A DNA stretch of 64,000 bases from Hemiscyllium ocellatum (taxonomy: Eukaryota), in assembly GCF_020745735.1 (NCBI RefSeq), contig NC_083435.1, positions 11,005,201-11,069,200 on the forward strand, read 5' to 3'. Numbering within the stretch: the first letter of the stretch is position 1; each line of letters begins with the position of its first letter. The position numbers were made by a program, and so were the translations under genes. This document shows, one piece after another, positions 1-11,459 of the stretch. The notes under the pieces were generated by a model that saw only the letters and a list, made by a program, of their open reading frames with translations, did no database searches and was not told the origin of the DNA.

Positions 1-1308
1 GCAAATTCAGCAGAACAATTTTTCCAGACTTGCTACCTCCTCCAGTCCAGAAGAAGGAGAACCAACAGAATGAATCCAGCAGCAAAGAGAGAGAGAGAAT
101 GTAAGCTTTTAGCAGCAACTAAGAGAGAGCTGTATCTTGCAGCTTCACTCCAAAACCCCAACTTCAACAACTGAAAGCAAAACTAAAACTCTGGGTCGTT
201 GAGAGCCTGACTCCATGTGCTCGGACTTCTTCAGCTTAATTTTTTTAAAGAAGCAGCTATTCACTCTGCTGTCCATGCAGCAGACATCTCGGCTCCAGGT
301 TTACAATTCCTCTCTTCAAGAACCAGGACAGAACAAATCCCTCTCAAAGGCACATCTCATCACAAAGGAAGCATTACAGTATAGACTGATGGGCTGAAAA
401 GCCTCTCCTGTATTGTATTCTTCTACATAGCCAACCTGTGAACAGCAAGATCCCACAAACAGTAACCAGGACAACGACTAGATCATTTGATTCCTCCAAT
501 GTTAATCGCATGATAAATATTGGCCAGGACACTGGGGAGCCCTCATCTGTTCTTCTTAGAGATACAGCATGTGCTTCCATTCATTCAAAGGCCACGCATT
601 GAAGCCTAATCTAAATGTCAGCTCCTCTGACAATGCAGCATTCCCTCAGCTCTGTGGAGTGTCAACCTGGAGTTTCGTCCCCAAATCCTGGATAGGAACT
701 TGAAGCCAAAACCTCATCATAGAACCACAATTCATTCAAGACATAAAACTCATCTTTGTAATGGAGAAAAACTGACTATTCCATCTTGCAGAACATATCG
801 ACAGTCTCGTCCTCCTTTCGCTTCTCAGTGCCAACCCACCCACAGTTCTGAAAACCATTCTTCCCGTTCAGGTCTGCAATGAGGAGAAATTTCCTCAATC
901 TATGGGCTGTGAATCTTGTGAATTCTTTGCCTCATCAATCAAAAATGCAGGAAAATAAAAATGTAGGCTCTTTATGTGAGATATTGCAGAGGAGTCAATC
1001 CTCCAAGATCAGACTGAACAGTGGAACAGCTCAACCTGCTCCAGCTGACCCCTGCTCTGGCTTCTCATTTTGTTCTCCACATCATTTTCGATAAAATGCA
1101 TTGAGATATTCTCAGAATGTGAAAGGTGTTACAGAAATGCAAATATTTCTTACTATTCATGCCATGAAGACCTTCAAACCCAAACTATTTGTTAACCGTT
1201 ACATCACCAGACCTAGAATTAGAGTTCTTCTCTCAAATGCTGTGACCATACTTCCACATCATTGGGTTTCCCATTCCCTTCACATTTAAGTTTCAAACAG
1301 CAACTTAC

Positions 1309-1335
1309 CCATGATATCCAGCAGCCTTTGATGTT
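1309..1335 (-). CDS. BTN-like gene A, 27-nt cytoplasmic mini-exon (E)HQRLLDIM; gene continues beyond the left edge
   Basis: cattacag|AACATCAAAGGCTGCTGGATATCATGG|gtaagt, phase 1-1. Paralog at 30961-30987. Confidence 0.8.
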
Positions 1336-1960
1336 CTGTAATGAGTCAAAGGAAAACGTTAAATCAGTGGCAGCGCTTTGCAACTCACACTTAACCCTTT
1401 CCCAATCCCAGAGCAGCATGCGTCATTCAAATCACATCACCCACTCTCCCCAACTGTGAAAAGTCTTAGAAGATATAAGGGAGGGAGAGGAGGGAGAAGC
1501 ACACAGGAAGGAGGAGCAAGAAGGAGTGTGGAGGAAAGGGGAGGGGATGGAGGAAAGGGGAGGGGATGGAGGAAAGGGGAGGGGATGGAGGAAAGGGGAG
1601 GGGAGGTGACATGTTTAAGATGGGTGAGAAGGAAGGAGGAGCAGTGAGAGAGGAGATAGGAAGGGGAGGATGAGAAAGAACAAAGGAGAAGGAGAAAGGG
1701 AAGGTGAAGGAGGGAGAAAAGGGAGAAGGAAGGATGGAGAGAAATAGGGAAGGAGAAGAGGTGGGAGAGCGGAGGAACAAAAGAACGAGGAGGAGGGAAA
1801 GATGAGGAGGAGGAGAGAGAGAAGGGAGAGAGGGGAAGAGGGGGTGGAGGAAGGGGAAGGACAAAGGAGAAGGGCCCAATATCTGGTTATCAGAGTGAAT
1901 AAACTGGAGAGAAACTAGGAGAGGGTCACTGACAGAGGATATGGACTCAAAACAATGGAA

Positions 1961-2275
1961 TAGTGGGCGGCATGGTGGCACAGTGGTTAGCACTGCTGCC
2001 TACAGCGCCTGTAGACCCGGGTTCAATTCCCGACTCAGGCGACTGACTGTGTGGAGTTTGCACGTTCTCCCCGTGTCTGCGTGGGTTTCCTCCGGGTGCT
2101 CCGGTTTCCTCCCAGTCACAAAGATGTGCGGGTCAGGTGAATTGGCCAAGCTAAATTGCCCGTAGTGTTAGGTAAGGGGTAAATGTAGGGGCATGGGTGG
2201 GTTGCGCTTCGGCGGGTCGGTGTGGACTTGTTGGGCCGAAGGGCCTGTTTCCACACTGTAAGTCTAATCTAATCT
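1961..2275 (+). mobile_element. HE1-type tRNA-derived SINE
   Basis: A box TGGCACAGTGG, B box GGTTCAATTCC, conserved central domain, CR1-like tail and (CTAAT)n. Confidence 0.9.
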
Positions 2276-3200
2276 AGAAACAGAAACAAGAGAGAGGTAC
2301 CAGAAGGTTTTTTTTCCCATGATCTTCAACAGGAAATTTCTGAAGGGAATCACTGAAATAGTTAAAAAGCACAAGAAGTAATTGCAGAAATATGTGGAAA
2401 GAGCAAGGAGTGAGGGAGATGGAGGGGAGACAGAGAGACAGAGAGACAGAGAGACAGGCAGTGTGAGGAAGGAAGAGAGAGGGAGGAGGAAGTAGAGAGC
2501 GAAGGTGAAGTTGGGAGAGGGGGAGAATGAGGGAGAGAGAGAGAGGAGTAGAGAGAAAGGTGTAGAGTGGGAAAAATAGAGGGACAGGGTAGGGGGGGAT
2601 GGGAAGGGAGTTGATGGAATGAGGAGTGCAGGTGGAAAGGGGCAAAGAAACAGAGAAGGGTAGAGAGATTCAGCTTCATTCTTTGAACCTCCAAAAATTA
2701 ATTCTAAGTGAACTAGTCTCCCTTCAGAGATCTAAGTGATCAAGTATTGTTATCCCACACAACAGTCTAATGAGCCGACATTGTGCTACATCCATAAGCA
2801 GAACACCTTTAGTCTGGTAAGCAGACAAACTGTACTCAATGCTCCAATCTCACCAAACTCCTGTACAACTCAAACAGGAAGAGAACAACGTGGAGGTGGG
2901 AAATGTGAGGGGTGGGAAGGCAGAGATTGGGGAGAAGAGATAAGGTAAAGACAGAGGAGGGGTGAAAGTGTGGGGGGAAATGGGGAAGACAGGGGAAGGA
3001 GATGGTATGGGGGGGGAAGAACATGTGGGGGTGAACAGACAGTGCAGAGAGAAGACAGAGTGTGGAGGGGGATTGGACACTGGGGGTGTAAGGGAGGGAG
3101 TGGGGAGAAGGGAGCATGCAGGAGGAAGAGAGGGTGCGGGGGGAAGAAATATTGCGGGGGAAAGAGAGTGCGGGGAGGGGGGCAAAGAGAGCACAGGGGA

Positions 3201-3480
3201 AGACAGCGCGGAGGGGGGAGGAGAGACAGCGCGGGGGGGAGGAGAGACAGCGCGGGGGGAAGAGGAGGAGAGACAGCGCGGGGGGGGAAAGAGGAGGAGA
3301 GACAGCGCGGGGGGGGAGAGGAGGAGAGACAGCGCGGGGGGGGGGAGAGGAGGAGAGACAGCGCGGGGGGGAGAGGAGGAGAGACAGCGCGGGGGGGGAA
3401 AGAGACAGCGCGGGGGGGTGGAGGAGAGACAGCGCGGTGGGGGAAGAGACAGCGCGGGGGGGGTGGAGGAGAGACCACGT
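3201..3480 (+). repeat. G-rich minisatellite, 11 copies of the GACAGCGCG(G)n core, about 20-30 bp units
   Basis: Directly visible. Source of the spurious overlapping ORFs at 2836-3648. Confidence 0.95.
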
Positions 3481-3874
3481 TGGGGGGGGGGGGGAAGGGA
3501 AAGCAAGTGCGTTGGGGAGGAGAAAAGAGTAGCGGGGGAGGGCAAAGAGTAGCAGGGTAGAGAGTTGGGGATTGCAGAGAGACAATTGGGTGAGAGGAAG
3601 AGACAGAAGGGGATAGGGAGTGTCTTGGGACAGAGGTGCGGGTACCAAGGCAGTGTTTATATGCTAGAATGCCCCAGCTGGATAATTGAGGGTTGGATCA
3701 GAAACTGACCGAGGGAACCTCCCGGAGACTGGTGAGATCAGTTACATACAGGAGGGGTCAGAGCCCTCTCAGGACAGAAACAGTAAAGGTCACAGTGGGA
3801 GTGTGAAAGTCCTCGACAGTAAGAGCCGGTGTAACATCAGCACATGTCCCATAGACTGAAGAAACATCACTTAC

Positions 3875-3901
3875 CAAGGAAACCATCAGACTTCTTGAGG
3901 C
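3875..3901 (-). CDS. BTN-like gene A, 27-nt cytoplasmic mini-exon (G)LKKSDGFL
   Basis: ttttctttgccag|GCCTCAAGAAGTCTGATGGTTTCCTTG|gtaagt, phase 1-1. Paralog at 32498-32524. Confidence 0.85.
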
Positions 3902-4181
3902 CTGGCAAAGAAAACCAAATAAGTTAATGAACCCAACGGGCACCATACCCTTGGGAGATCCAGTCAGAGTCAGACCGTAATGAAAAGGGTCCTCATTAAC
4001 ACTTCCCTAAAAATAAACTCCTATTTGCCCGAAACACTAACGCCGTCTCTCTCCCCACAGATTCTGCCTAATCTATGCAGTATTAAAAGCGCTGTCTGTT
4101 TTATTTTCTGTTAATGACTTTTAAGTTCTGTTTACGAATATTCTTGAAAAACATTCTGAGAGTTTGAGCAGAGTTTGTCAC

Positions 4182-4301
4182 CTTGAATCTTATTCTGTAA
4201 TTTCCGATGGTACCACACTGCGAGAGCAACTGCTGCAACAATCAGAGCAAACAGGATCCAGAACGCTATCAGCCATCCAGAAACATTGGGGAAGAAGGAA
4301 T
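4182..4301 (-). CDS. BTN-like gene A, transmembrane exon (D)SFFPNVSGWLIAFWILFALIVAAVALAVWYHRKLQNKIQ
   Basis: 120 nt after a long pyrimidine tract and gatacag. About 21 hydrophobic residues followed by a basic stop-transfer. Donor G|GTGACA. Near-identical paralog at 34323-34442. Not in the ORF track. Confidence 0.9.
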
Positions 4302-4990
4302 CTGTATCGAGAGAGAGAGAGAGAGATGAGGAGAGACAGAGACAGTCAGAGTGAGACAGAGATAGTGATAGAATGGGAGTAAGAGAGAGGGGGAGGACGA
4401 TGGGAGGGTGAGGGAGAGAGTAGGAGAAAGATAGAGAAGGAAAGGGAGAGAAGGAAAGAGAGGAGGAAAGAGACAGTGTATGAGGGAGAAAGAGAAAGAG
4501 GAAAAATGAGAGAGGGAAAGAGAGAGGAGGAGGTAGAGACAGAGAGAGAGGGAGAAGGAGGTGGCAAAGATGGGGAGGGAAAGAGAGAGGAGGAGAAGAA
4601 GGGAGAAAGAAAGTGGGAGAGAGGGACAGACAGAGAAGGGGGGAGATGAGAGATAGTGAGAGGGACAGAACAAGTGGAGGGGTTCAGAGGATGATGGGGA
4701 GACAGAGAGACAAAGAGTGAGGGAGAGAGACAGCAAGAGAGAGAATGGGCATAAAGGTGGAGGACCATGGGGAGATAGAAGGAAGAAAAAATAAGAAAAA
4801 TAAAGAGATAAGAATGAGAGATGGAGAAAGAAAGGGGTGTGAGGTGAAGGTGTGAAGTGGGAGAGGAGAGAAGGGAGAAAGAGTAAGGGTGAGAGAGGGA
4901 AAGAGAAAGCCAGAGGGAGAATGGAAGATATAAAGGGAGAGAATGGGGATGGGGGAAAACAGAAAAAGGGAGACTTTGAGAAAATGAACC
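4302..4990. repeat. Polypurine/polypyrimidine low-complexity tract (similar at about 1480-1870, 2400-2660, 31110-31620, 34445-34730)
   Basis: GA-rich plus strand. Gives S/L/P/F-rich artefact ORFs. Confidence 0.9.
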
Positions 4991-5515
4991 ATTCAGTTGT
5001 TTGAGTTAACACAAAGCCATTGTCACACCCCATTCCCAGTTTATATCACCCCTCTCCATCCATCAACCCTCCCCCCTTCTTTACTCATCTCCTTCTCCTG
5101 AACCCATCATTCCATTATTTCCCTCTTCCTCCAACACCCACTCTCTGTCTATCACCTCTCTCTCTCTTTTCGCTCTCCCTCCCCATTTCCGTCATACCCT
5201 TTCCTTCCCCGAGTCTGCATCACACTCTCTCCTTCTCTCTCCATCACACCCTCTCCTTCGCTTTCTGTTGCAGCCTCTCACTCTCCCTCAATCTCCATCA
5301 CTCCCTCTCTCCTGGTGAAATGCCTTTTGCTGCCACAAGGGGCAAGCTGTAGCCATGAGAGACTGACCTTTGCCACTTGTCTCTGACCAGGGCCACGAGG
5401 AGCCTGTTTCAATCACAGCATTTCCTCAGGATTTTATATTTCTCTATATTCTGATTCAAGTCCTTTCCCCCAGCCCGCTGAGTATCTGGGAAAGTCTTCT
5501 CCCACCGTGACAGAC

Positions 5516-5800
5516 CTGCGATCTGGATGTGAGCCTCCTGTGTCTCCTTCAGGATCACATTGTTAATGACACATCTGTACTTGTTGGGGGACTGCTTGGG
5601 GATCGCGATGGAGCTGCTGACTGTGAACAGCCCCTGAGGGTCCGGCTGGTACGTGATTTGCTGCTGGGCCGTCATGTTTACACCATCTCCGTCTACCCAC
5701 AGGATGGACGGGTGTGGGTACCACCCTTCGGATCTGCAGCCCAGTCTGATGCCATCGCCCATTTGGCCCTCCATCTCGATCCTGGGCTGGCGGCCTGTAC
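5516..5800 (-). CDS. BTN-like gene A, IgC exon
   Basis: 285 nt, acceptor gtgattgcag, donor G|GTCTGT, phase 1-1. G.QP.I...IRLGC.SEGWYP.P...W...GLFTV.SS...C is the butyrophilin IgC signature. Confidence 0.95.
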
Positions 5801-6239
5801 CTGCAATCACAGAGACATCAGGAAGGGGAGTAGGCCACAAAGCCTGTCATGGCCTCCCTGCACCACTCGGTCAGATTGCAGCTGACCTGTGCTTTCATAA
5901 TCCCCTCACACAGTTCAGCTCAATCACAATCTGTCAGGGCAAGGAGGGAGGAACAAACCGCACTCAGAGAGATGAGAGAGGAACAGTCCAGACAGGAATT
6001 ACCCAGGGAACAAATTAGACACCAGGGCAAAGTTTTTACAAATAACCTTTGTTTCTGGGCCTTCAAAGAGGCCACAGGATGAACTTTTTAAAAAAATATA
6101 GTCAGGTAGGACTTTTTAAATTGCATAAACATTGCAGAAATTATTAATTCACTGTAAATTCACTGAATGCATGGGTCAGAACATGGTTCTCTGGCATTGT
6201 TCTAAAGTCACTTTAACCCGATTTGAATCCAGAGTGCTC

Positions 6240-6985
6240 CATAAGACATAGTAGCAGAATTAGACCATTCAGCCCATCGAGTCTACACTGCATTCAATCA
6301 TGGCTCATATGTTTCTCATCCCCATTCTCTCATCTTCTCCCTGTAACCCTTCATCCCCCTGTGAGCCCATCCATCTATATGTTAAATACATTCAATGATT
6401 TAGTCTCCGCAACCATATGTAACAAGGATTATCACACTCTGGTCGAAGAAATTCCTCCTCATCTCAGTTCTAAAAGGTTATACTTTCTCTCTTAGGCTAT
6501 GCCCTTGGGTCTTGTCTCCTTTACTAGTGGAAACAACTCTTCCACGACAAATCTATCTAGGGCTCTCAGTATTCTGTAAATTTCAATCAGAACACCCCTC
6601 TCATCCTGCTAAACTCCATCCAGTACAAGTCCAGGATCCTCAACTGCTCCTATGTGAAAAGCTCTTCATCCCCAGGATAGTCATTATAAGCTTCCCCTGG
6701 ACCTGCAACAAACACCAGTACATTTTTCCTGAGAAAAGAGGCCCAAACCAGCCTACAAATTTTGAAATGAGGCCTAACCATAGCCTTATACGGCCTCCGC
6801 AATAAATCCCTACTCTTGTATTCTACCCAGCTTGAAGTGAATGCCAACAGTACATTTGTCTTCCAAACTACCAACTGAACTTGCACGTTAACCTTAACAA
6901 AATCAGGAACTTTGACTCCCAAGACCCTTTGCACTTCAGATTTTTGAAACCTTTCTCTGTTAAGAAAATAGTCTCCACACAAAAA
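6240..6985 (-). mobile_element. Decayed CR1/L2-like LINE 3' part
   Basis: ORF 6650-6982 (YKAMVRPH...WA..LRKNV) and tail. Confidence 0.7.
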
Positions 6986-7636
6986 GTGGACAACCTCACA
7001 AGGTGGACTCCGGTCTCTGGTTCAAAATTTCAGTGACTAAACACATTTGCAGGTGCCTATGAACTATTTAGTATTAGCAACTCGCAGATGGATTTTCCTG
7101 GAAACTTATGGAACTCAAGGCAGACCAAAGACATAATTTCTTTAACAGTAAGTTAATGCTGCCCTGACAATTATGCTCAAGACCAAAACTCTCGACCATG
7201 GTTTCAAAGAAATAAAATCACAATCCCAGATGGGAAGAATGGGTGGAATCCTCTGAATATTTCCCGCTTTAAAAAGTCTTACTAACTTGGTTTCTCTCCC
7301 TGTGCAGATGCTGTCAGATGTCCAGGTTTTCTCCAGCCCTTTTTTTTAAAATTGTTTTAGGTTTCCAGCATCTACAGCACTTTGTTTTTATTTAAAAATG
7401 CATGGTCTTGCTCTTAAAGAACAGTTTAGTCTGAGGAATTCTATTGCCCTGATTCCAAGTAAAAAAACTTCTAGGATATTCTGTGTGCATTTCTGGAAGC
7501 TACATTATAGGAGGGATGTGATTGTACTGAAGAGGGTACACAGAAGATTTACCAGAATGTTACCTGGGATGGAAAGTTTCAGTCATGAAGAGAGGCTAAA
7601 CAGATTGGAGTTGTTTCTGTAGACCAGAGGCCACTC

Positions 7637-7897
7637 AGATTAGATTAGATTACTCACAGTATGGAAACAGACCCTTCGGCCCAACAAGTCCACACTGACC
7701 CTCTGAAGAGCAACCCACCCAGACCCATTCCCCTACATTAACTCCTTCACCTAACACTACTGGCAATTTAGCATGGCCAATTCACCTAACCTGCATATGT
7801 TCGGACTGTGGGAGGAAACCAGAGGCCCGGAGGGTGCCCACGCAGACACGGGGAGAATGTGCAAACTCCACACAGACAGTCGCCCGAGGCTGGAACC
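7637..7897 (-). mobile_element. HE1-type SINE, 5'-truncated, inside a CR1 remnant
   Basis: Reverse complement of the SINE body and (CTAAT)n tail. Confidence 0.85.
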
Positions 7898-8532
7898 GAT
7901 AAAGATAAAGGTAGAGATAAAGGTAGACAGAAAGAAACTTTTTCCCTTGGTGGAGGGTTCAATGACCTGGTGACAGAGATTTAAGGTGAAGGGCAGGAGG
8001 TTTCAAGAGAATGTCAGAAAAAATGTTTTAATTCAGAGGGTGGTGGGAATCCACAACTCACTCCTTTAGAAAACCTAAGAATTATTTAGATGTGCATTTA
8101 CAGTACTGAAGCATACAGGTCTACGGGACAGGTGTTGGATACATCAGCAAACTTCGGCCATTTGGTCAATCCCTTCTGTTCCACCATTCAATCATGACCG
8201 ATATGTTTCTCAGCCTCATTTTCCTGACTTCTCCCCATAACACTTGATTCCTTTGCCAATCAAAAACCTATAAACCTCTATCTTAAATACACTCAACTAC
8301 TTGGCCTCCACATTAACCTCTCGTCTCTGTGCCAAGTGATGGTCCCCTTATTCAGAGTTTGCGTCCCTGTGTTCTACATTCCTCAATCAGTAGAAATACA
8401 CTCTCAGTGTCGATCCTGTCAGGGTCTCGAACTATTTGTGCTCTATCAGCGTTTAGAGGAATTTTTATCCTTCACCTTAATAAACCCTTCACTGAGGAAG
8501 TCAAACAGGGTGTTTCCAAAGTGGTCACTGAC

Positions 8533-8907
8533 CTGCCACATTCAGCGTGAGTTTGACCTCATGGTGTTTTTCATCAGATGCCACAAAGCACTTGTACAGT
8601 CCCCTGTCAGAGACTTGGACATCCTTGAGCCTGAGGGAGAGATTCCCTTGCGCCACTTCATTGAGAAACAGTTCAGTCCGGCCTCTGTAGGCCAAAGGCT
8701 GGAATGTCAAATCATCTGCTCCCTCCTTGTACATGTGGACAGGTGAGTTGTAGCCATTGACTATATTGATCCAGCGGACTTCCATATTCTGTGGGGCTTT
8801 GGCTGGCACCAACTGACAGTGCAGGACCACGTTTCCCTTGACAACCCCTATGATAGGGTTAGGTGGTCCTGTCACTGCAAAATCTGTCACCGCTTCTGCA
8901 GTAACCA
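8533..8907 (-). CDS. BTN-like gene A, IgV exon
   Basis: 375 nt, acceptor ctctctacag, donor G|GTCAGT, phase 1-1. V-set motifs VVLHC...MEVRW...YRGRTELF...GNLSLRL.DV..SD.G.YKC typical of the B7/butyrophilin IgV. Confidence 0.95.
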
Positions 8908-9205
8908 CTGTAGAGAGAATCAGATCAACTGGTCATCGCTTAGATTACAGCTGTATATTAACATTTGTTACAGAGTAAGAGGGAGAGGCAGAGAGGGAGA
9001 AACAGAGTGGTGGAAAAGGACAGGCAGAGGGACAGTGAGGGATAGAGGCAGAGATTGGAGACAGAGAGACAAAAAACAAAGTGAGGAATAGATAAACATG
9101 AAGAGTGAGAAACAGAAGAAATTCTAATGACTTGCCAAGTGATCCCAACAGCAAAATAGAAAAGAACAAACAGGTTTTTGTTATCTTGGAGATTTATTTC
9201 CCTAC

Positions 9206-9245
9206 CATGAAAGATCCAAACGAGAATCCAGAGCAGAAGAAACAT
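9206..9245 (-). CDS. BTN-like gene A, signal-peptide coding exon (MFLLLWILVWIFH + G)
   Basis: ATG at 9245 with an in-frame TGA upstream, hydrophobic leader, phase-1 donor G|GTAGGG at 9205. Putative acceptor ttttcgacag at 9290. Paralogous to 45018-45057. Confidence 0.85.
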
Positions 9246-10445
9246 TCCAGAAATCCAGTGTCAGGAGACGCAGGAATAATGTGTCGTACCTGTCGAAAAT
9301 ATTACCAGACAGTGTACATCAATAACACTGGGGAGAGTCAGCATCAGAGCAATTTATGGGCACACCGGGCAGTCAACTAGAACAGCAACATTTGGGTATC
9401 TAGATCAACATGTGCGGACATATACACTCAGTACTGAAACTTACATTCACTAACAAACACAGCAGGTCCATTCCCAAGTAGCGTTCCCAACTTTCATATT
9501 TTTCTCCTCTCTCAAAAATTTTTCACAAATTATTCATCTATGTGACTCTTCCAAAACTGCAAAATAGTAGAGATTGAAGAGACTCAGGTTGCTTCCCTTG
9601 GAGTAGAGCAGATTGAGCAGGCACATGATTGAGATGTAACAATGATGAGAAACATAGACAGGGCAAACAGGAAGAAACTTATCGCCTTGGTGGAGTGATC
9701 AATAGCTGGGGCCAGTGGTTTAAGGTAAAGGGCAGGATGTTTAGATGGGCTGTAAGGAAAATCTTTTTTTACCCAGAGGGTGGTAAGAATCTGAAATGCA
9801 CGGTAAAGGCAGAAATCCTCATGACTTTTAAGAAATATTTAGATGTGCACTTGCAATGTCAAGGCATATAAGGCCATGTACTGGAAAGTGGGATTAAAAC
9901 AGAAGGCTGTTTCAGACCAATACAAACTCAATGGGTCAAGGTACCTTTTACTCTCCAATAGACTTCAGTTTCAAATAAAAATTTATTACACCTCAATCTA
10001 TCACAATTATTATTGCTTGTGCAGATTGCGATTAAGCTCATCTAAGTAAATGGTGCAGGAGCACATCATGTAAGATTTATTAAACAATCAATTGTGCATC
10101 ACTGGATACACATTTTATAAAAAGAAGTGTAGATTGACATGAAATTACAATCTGCATCAGATTATTCCCCCAATGTAAAATAAGTCTATAATGATTAATG
10201 CAGAATCTTTATTCATACCAATGCATCATATTCATTTTTAAAACTTAATTGCTATGGAGCAGTGGGTGCATAAGGATAACCATAATGAGAAGGAAAGTAC
10301 TGGAGGGACTGACATCTCTGAACGTGGGTAAACCAAGAGACTAAGTAAGATTTTCAATACAATCTCATTGATCAGAGCACACCCCCAATACTGCAGCACT
10401 CCCTCGGTACTGCACTGGGGTGTCAGCCTGGGTGTTATGGTCAAG

Positions 10446-10656
10446 GAGAAAGTGAGGTCTGCTGATCCTGGAGATCAGAGCTGAAAATGTGTTGCTGGAA
10501 AAGCGCAGCAGGTCAGGCAGCATCCAAGGAACAGAAGATTCATCGTTTTGGGAATAAGCCCAATTCCTGAAGAAGGGCTTATGCCCGAAACGTCGAATCT
10601 CCTGCTCCTTGGATGCTGCCTGACCTGCGGCGCTTTTCCAGCAACACATTTTCAGC
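10446..10656. mobile_element. Palindromic non-autonomous Penelope-derived mini-element
   Basis: Inverted arms spanning 10479-10657. 13-bp TSD TGTTATGGTCAAG (10433-10445 / 10657-10669). Inserted in a Deu-type SINE. Confidence 0.85.
10563..10598 (+). ncRNA. Minimal hammerhead ribozyme motif (intact)
   Basis: ATTC-CTGAAGA-A-GGGC TTAT GCCC-GAAA-CGTC^GAAT. Confidence 0.7.
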
Positions 10657-11459
10657 TGTTATGGTCAAGTCCTGGAGTGGGACTTGAGCCGACAAACTCC
10701 TGATGTAAAGGAAGGAGTCACAGCCCTGATTCAAGGTGACACTGGGTAAGCTGCCAGCCTTCTCAAACCTATTCAATGTTTCCAGTCACCTGGTGAGTTG
10801 GGTTCAAAACTGGCTCAGCGACAGGAAACAAATGGTAATAGTCAATGGGTGTTTTTGTGACTGGGAGGCATCTTTCTCTGGTGTTTTGCAGGGCTCTATG
10901 TTGGGTCCCTATCTGATAGTGGTGCATATGAACAATTTAGATGTGAATGCCGGAAGCACAATTGGGATATTTCCACATGTTAAAAAAGAAGCATGTAATT
11001 ATTAGGGAAGAGAATGGCCGTTGACTGAAAAATGATATCAATGATATGGCTGAGATATCAATGAGGGAACTGGGAAGGGCAAAGCCAAGGAATGCACACT
11101 AAACAGGAGAGAACTGAGGGGCACAAAAGTAAGGATCTTAAAGTGCATGTCCACAGTCTCAGAGGACAGCTGGAGAGGTAGATTAGGAGGTAAAGAAGGC
11201 ATATATGATGCTTTTCTTCATCGGGTGAGACATGAATACAAATCAGGAAATAATTGCTGGATCAATATAACAACTCTGTCTAGTGATTGGAATTTGGTGT
11301 ATAGTTCTGGTCAGCTCATTACAGGAAGGACACAATGGTTCTAGACATTATTCAGAAGATTTACAACAATGTTGACAGTGCTTGGAGATTGCAGTAATGA
11401 GGAACGATCGAGTCGGCTAGACTTGTTTTCCTGAAGAGGCTGAGGGGGTGACTGAATTG

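Noticed and set aside
1-400. LTR-like sequence (also about 14870-15060 and 15550-15890)
   Set aside because: Resembles LTR-type repeats only by impression. No TG..CA ends, PBS or internal ORF were identified, so a repeat library search is needed.
1961-2050. tRNA-like A/B boxes at SINE heads
   Set aside because: No cloverleaf, and each is followed by a SINE body and LINE-like tail. These are SINEs, not tRNA genes.
2293-2344. Possible extra exon of gene A (tttcag|TGATTCCC...TTCTG|gtacct), partly resembling the LLDIM mini-exon
   Set aside because: 52 nt breaks frame, the donor is poor, and there is no counterpart in gene B.
1466-5352. Many long S/L/P/F- or G/E/R-rich ORFs (e.g. 1466-1993, 2836-3648, 4269-5033; also 31011-31694, 34724-35365, 55803-56394)
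   Set aside because: They are translations of polypurine tracts, minisatellite and microsatellite DNA, open in several frames with no domain signal.
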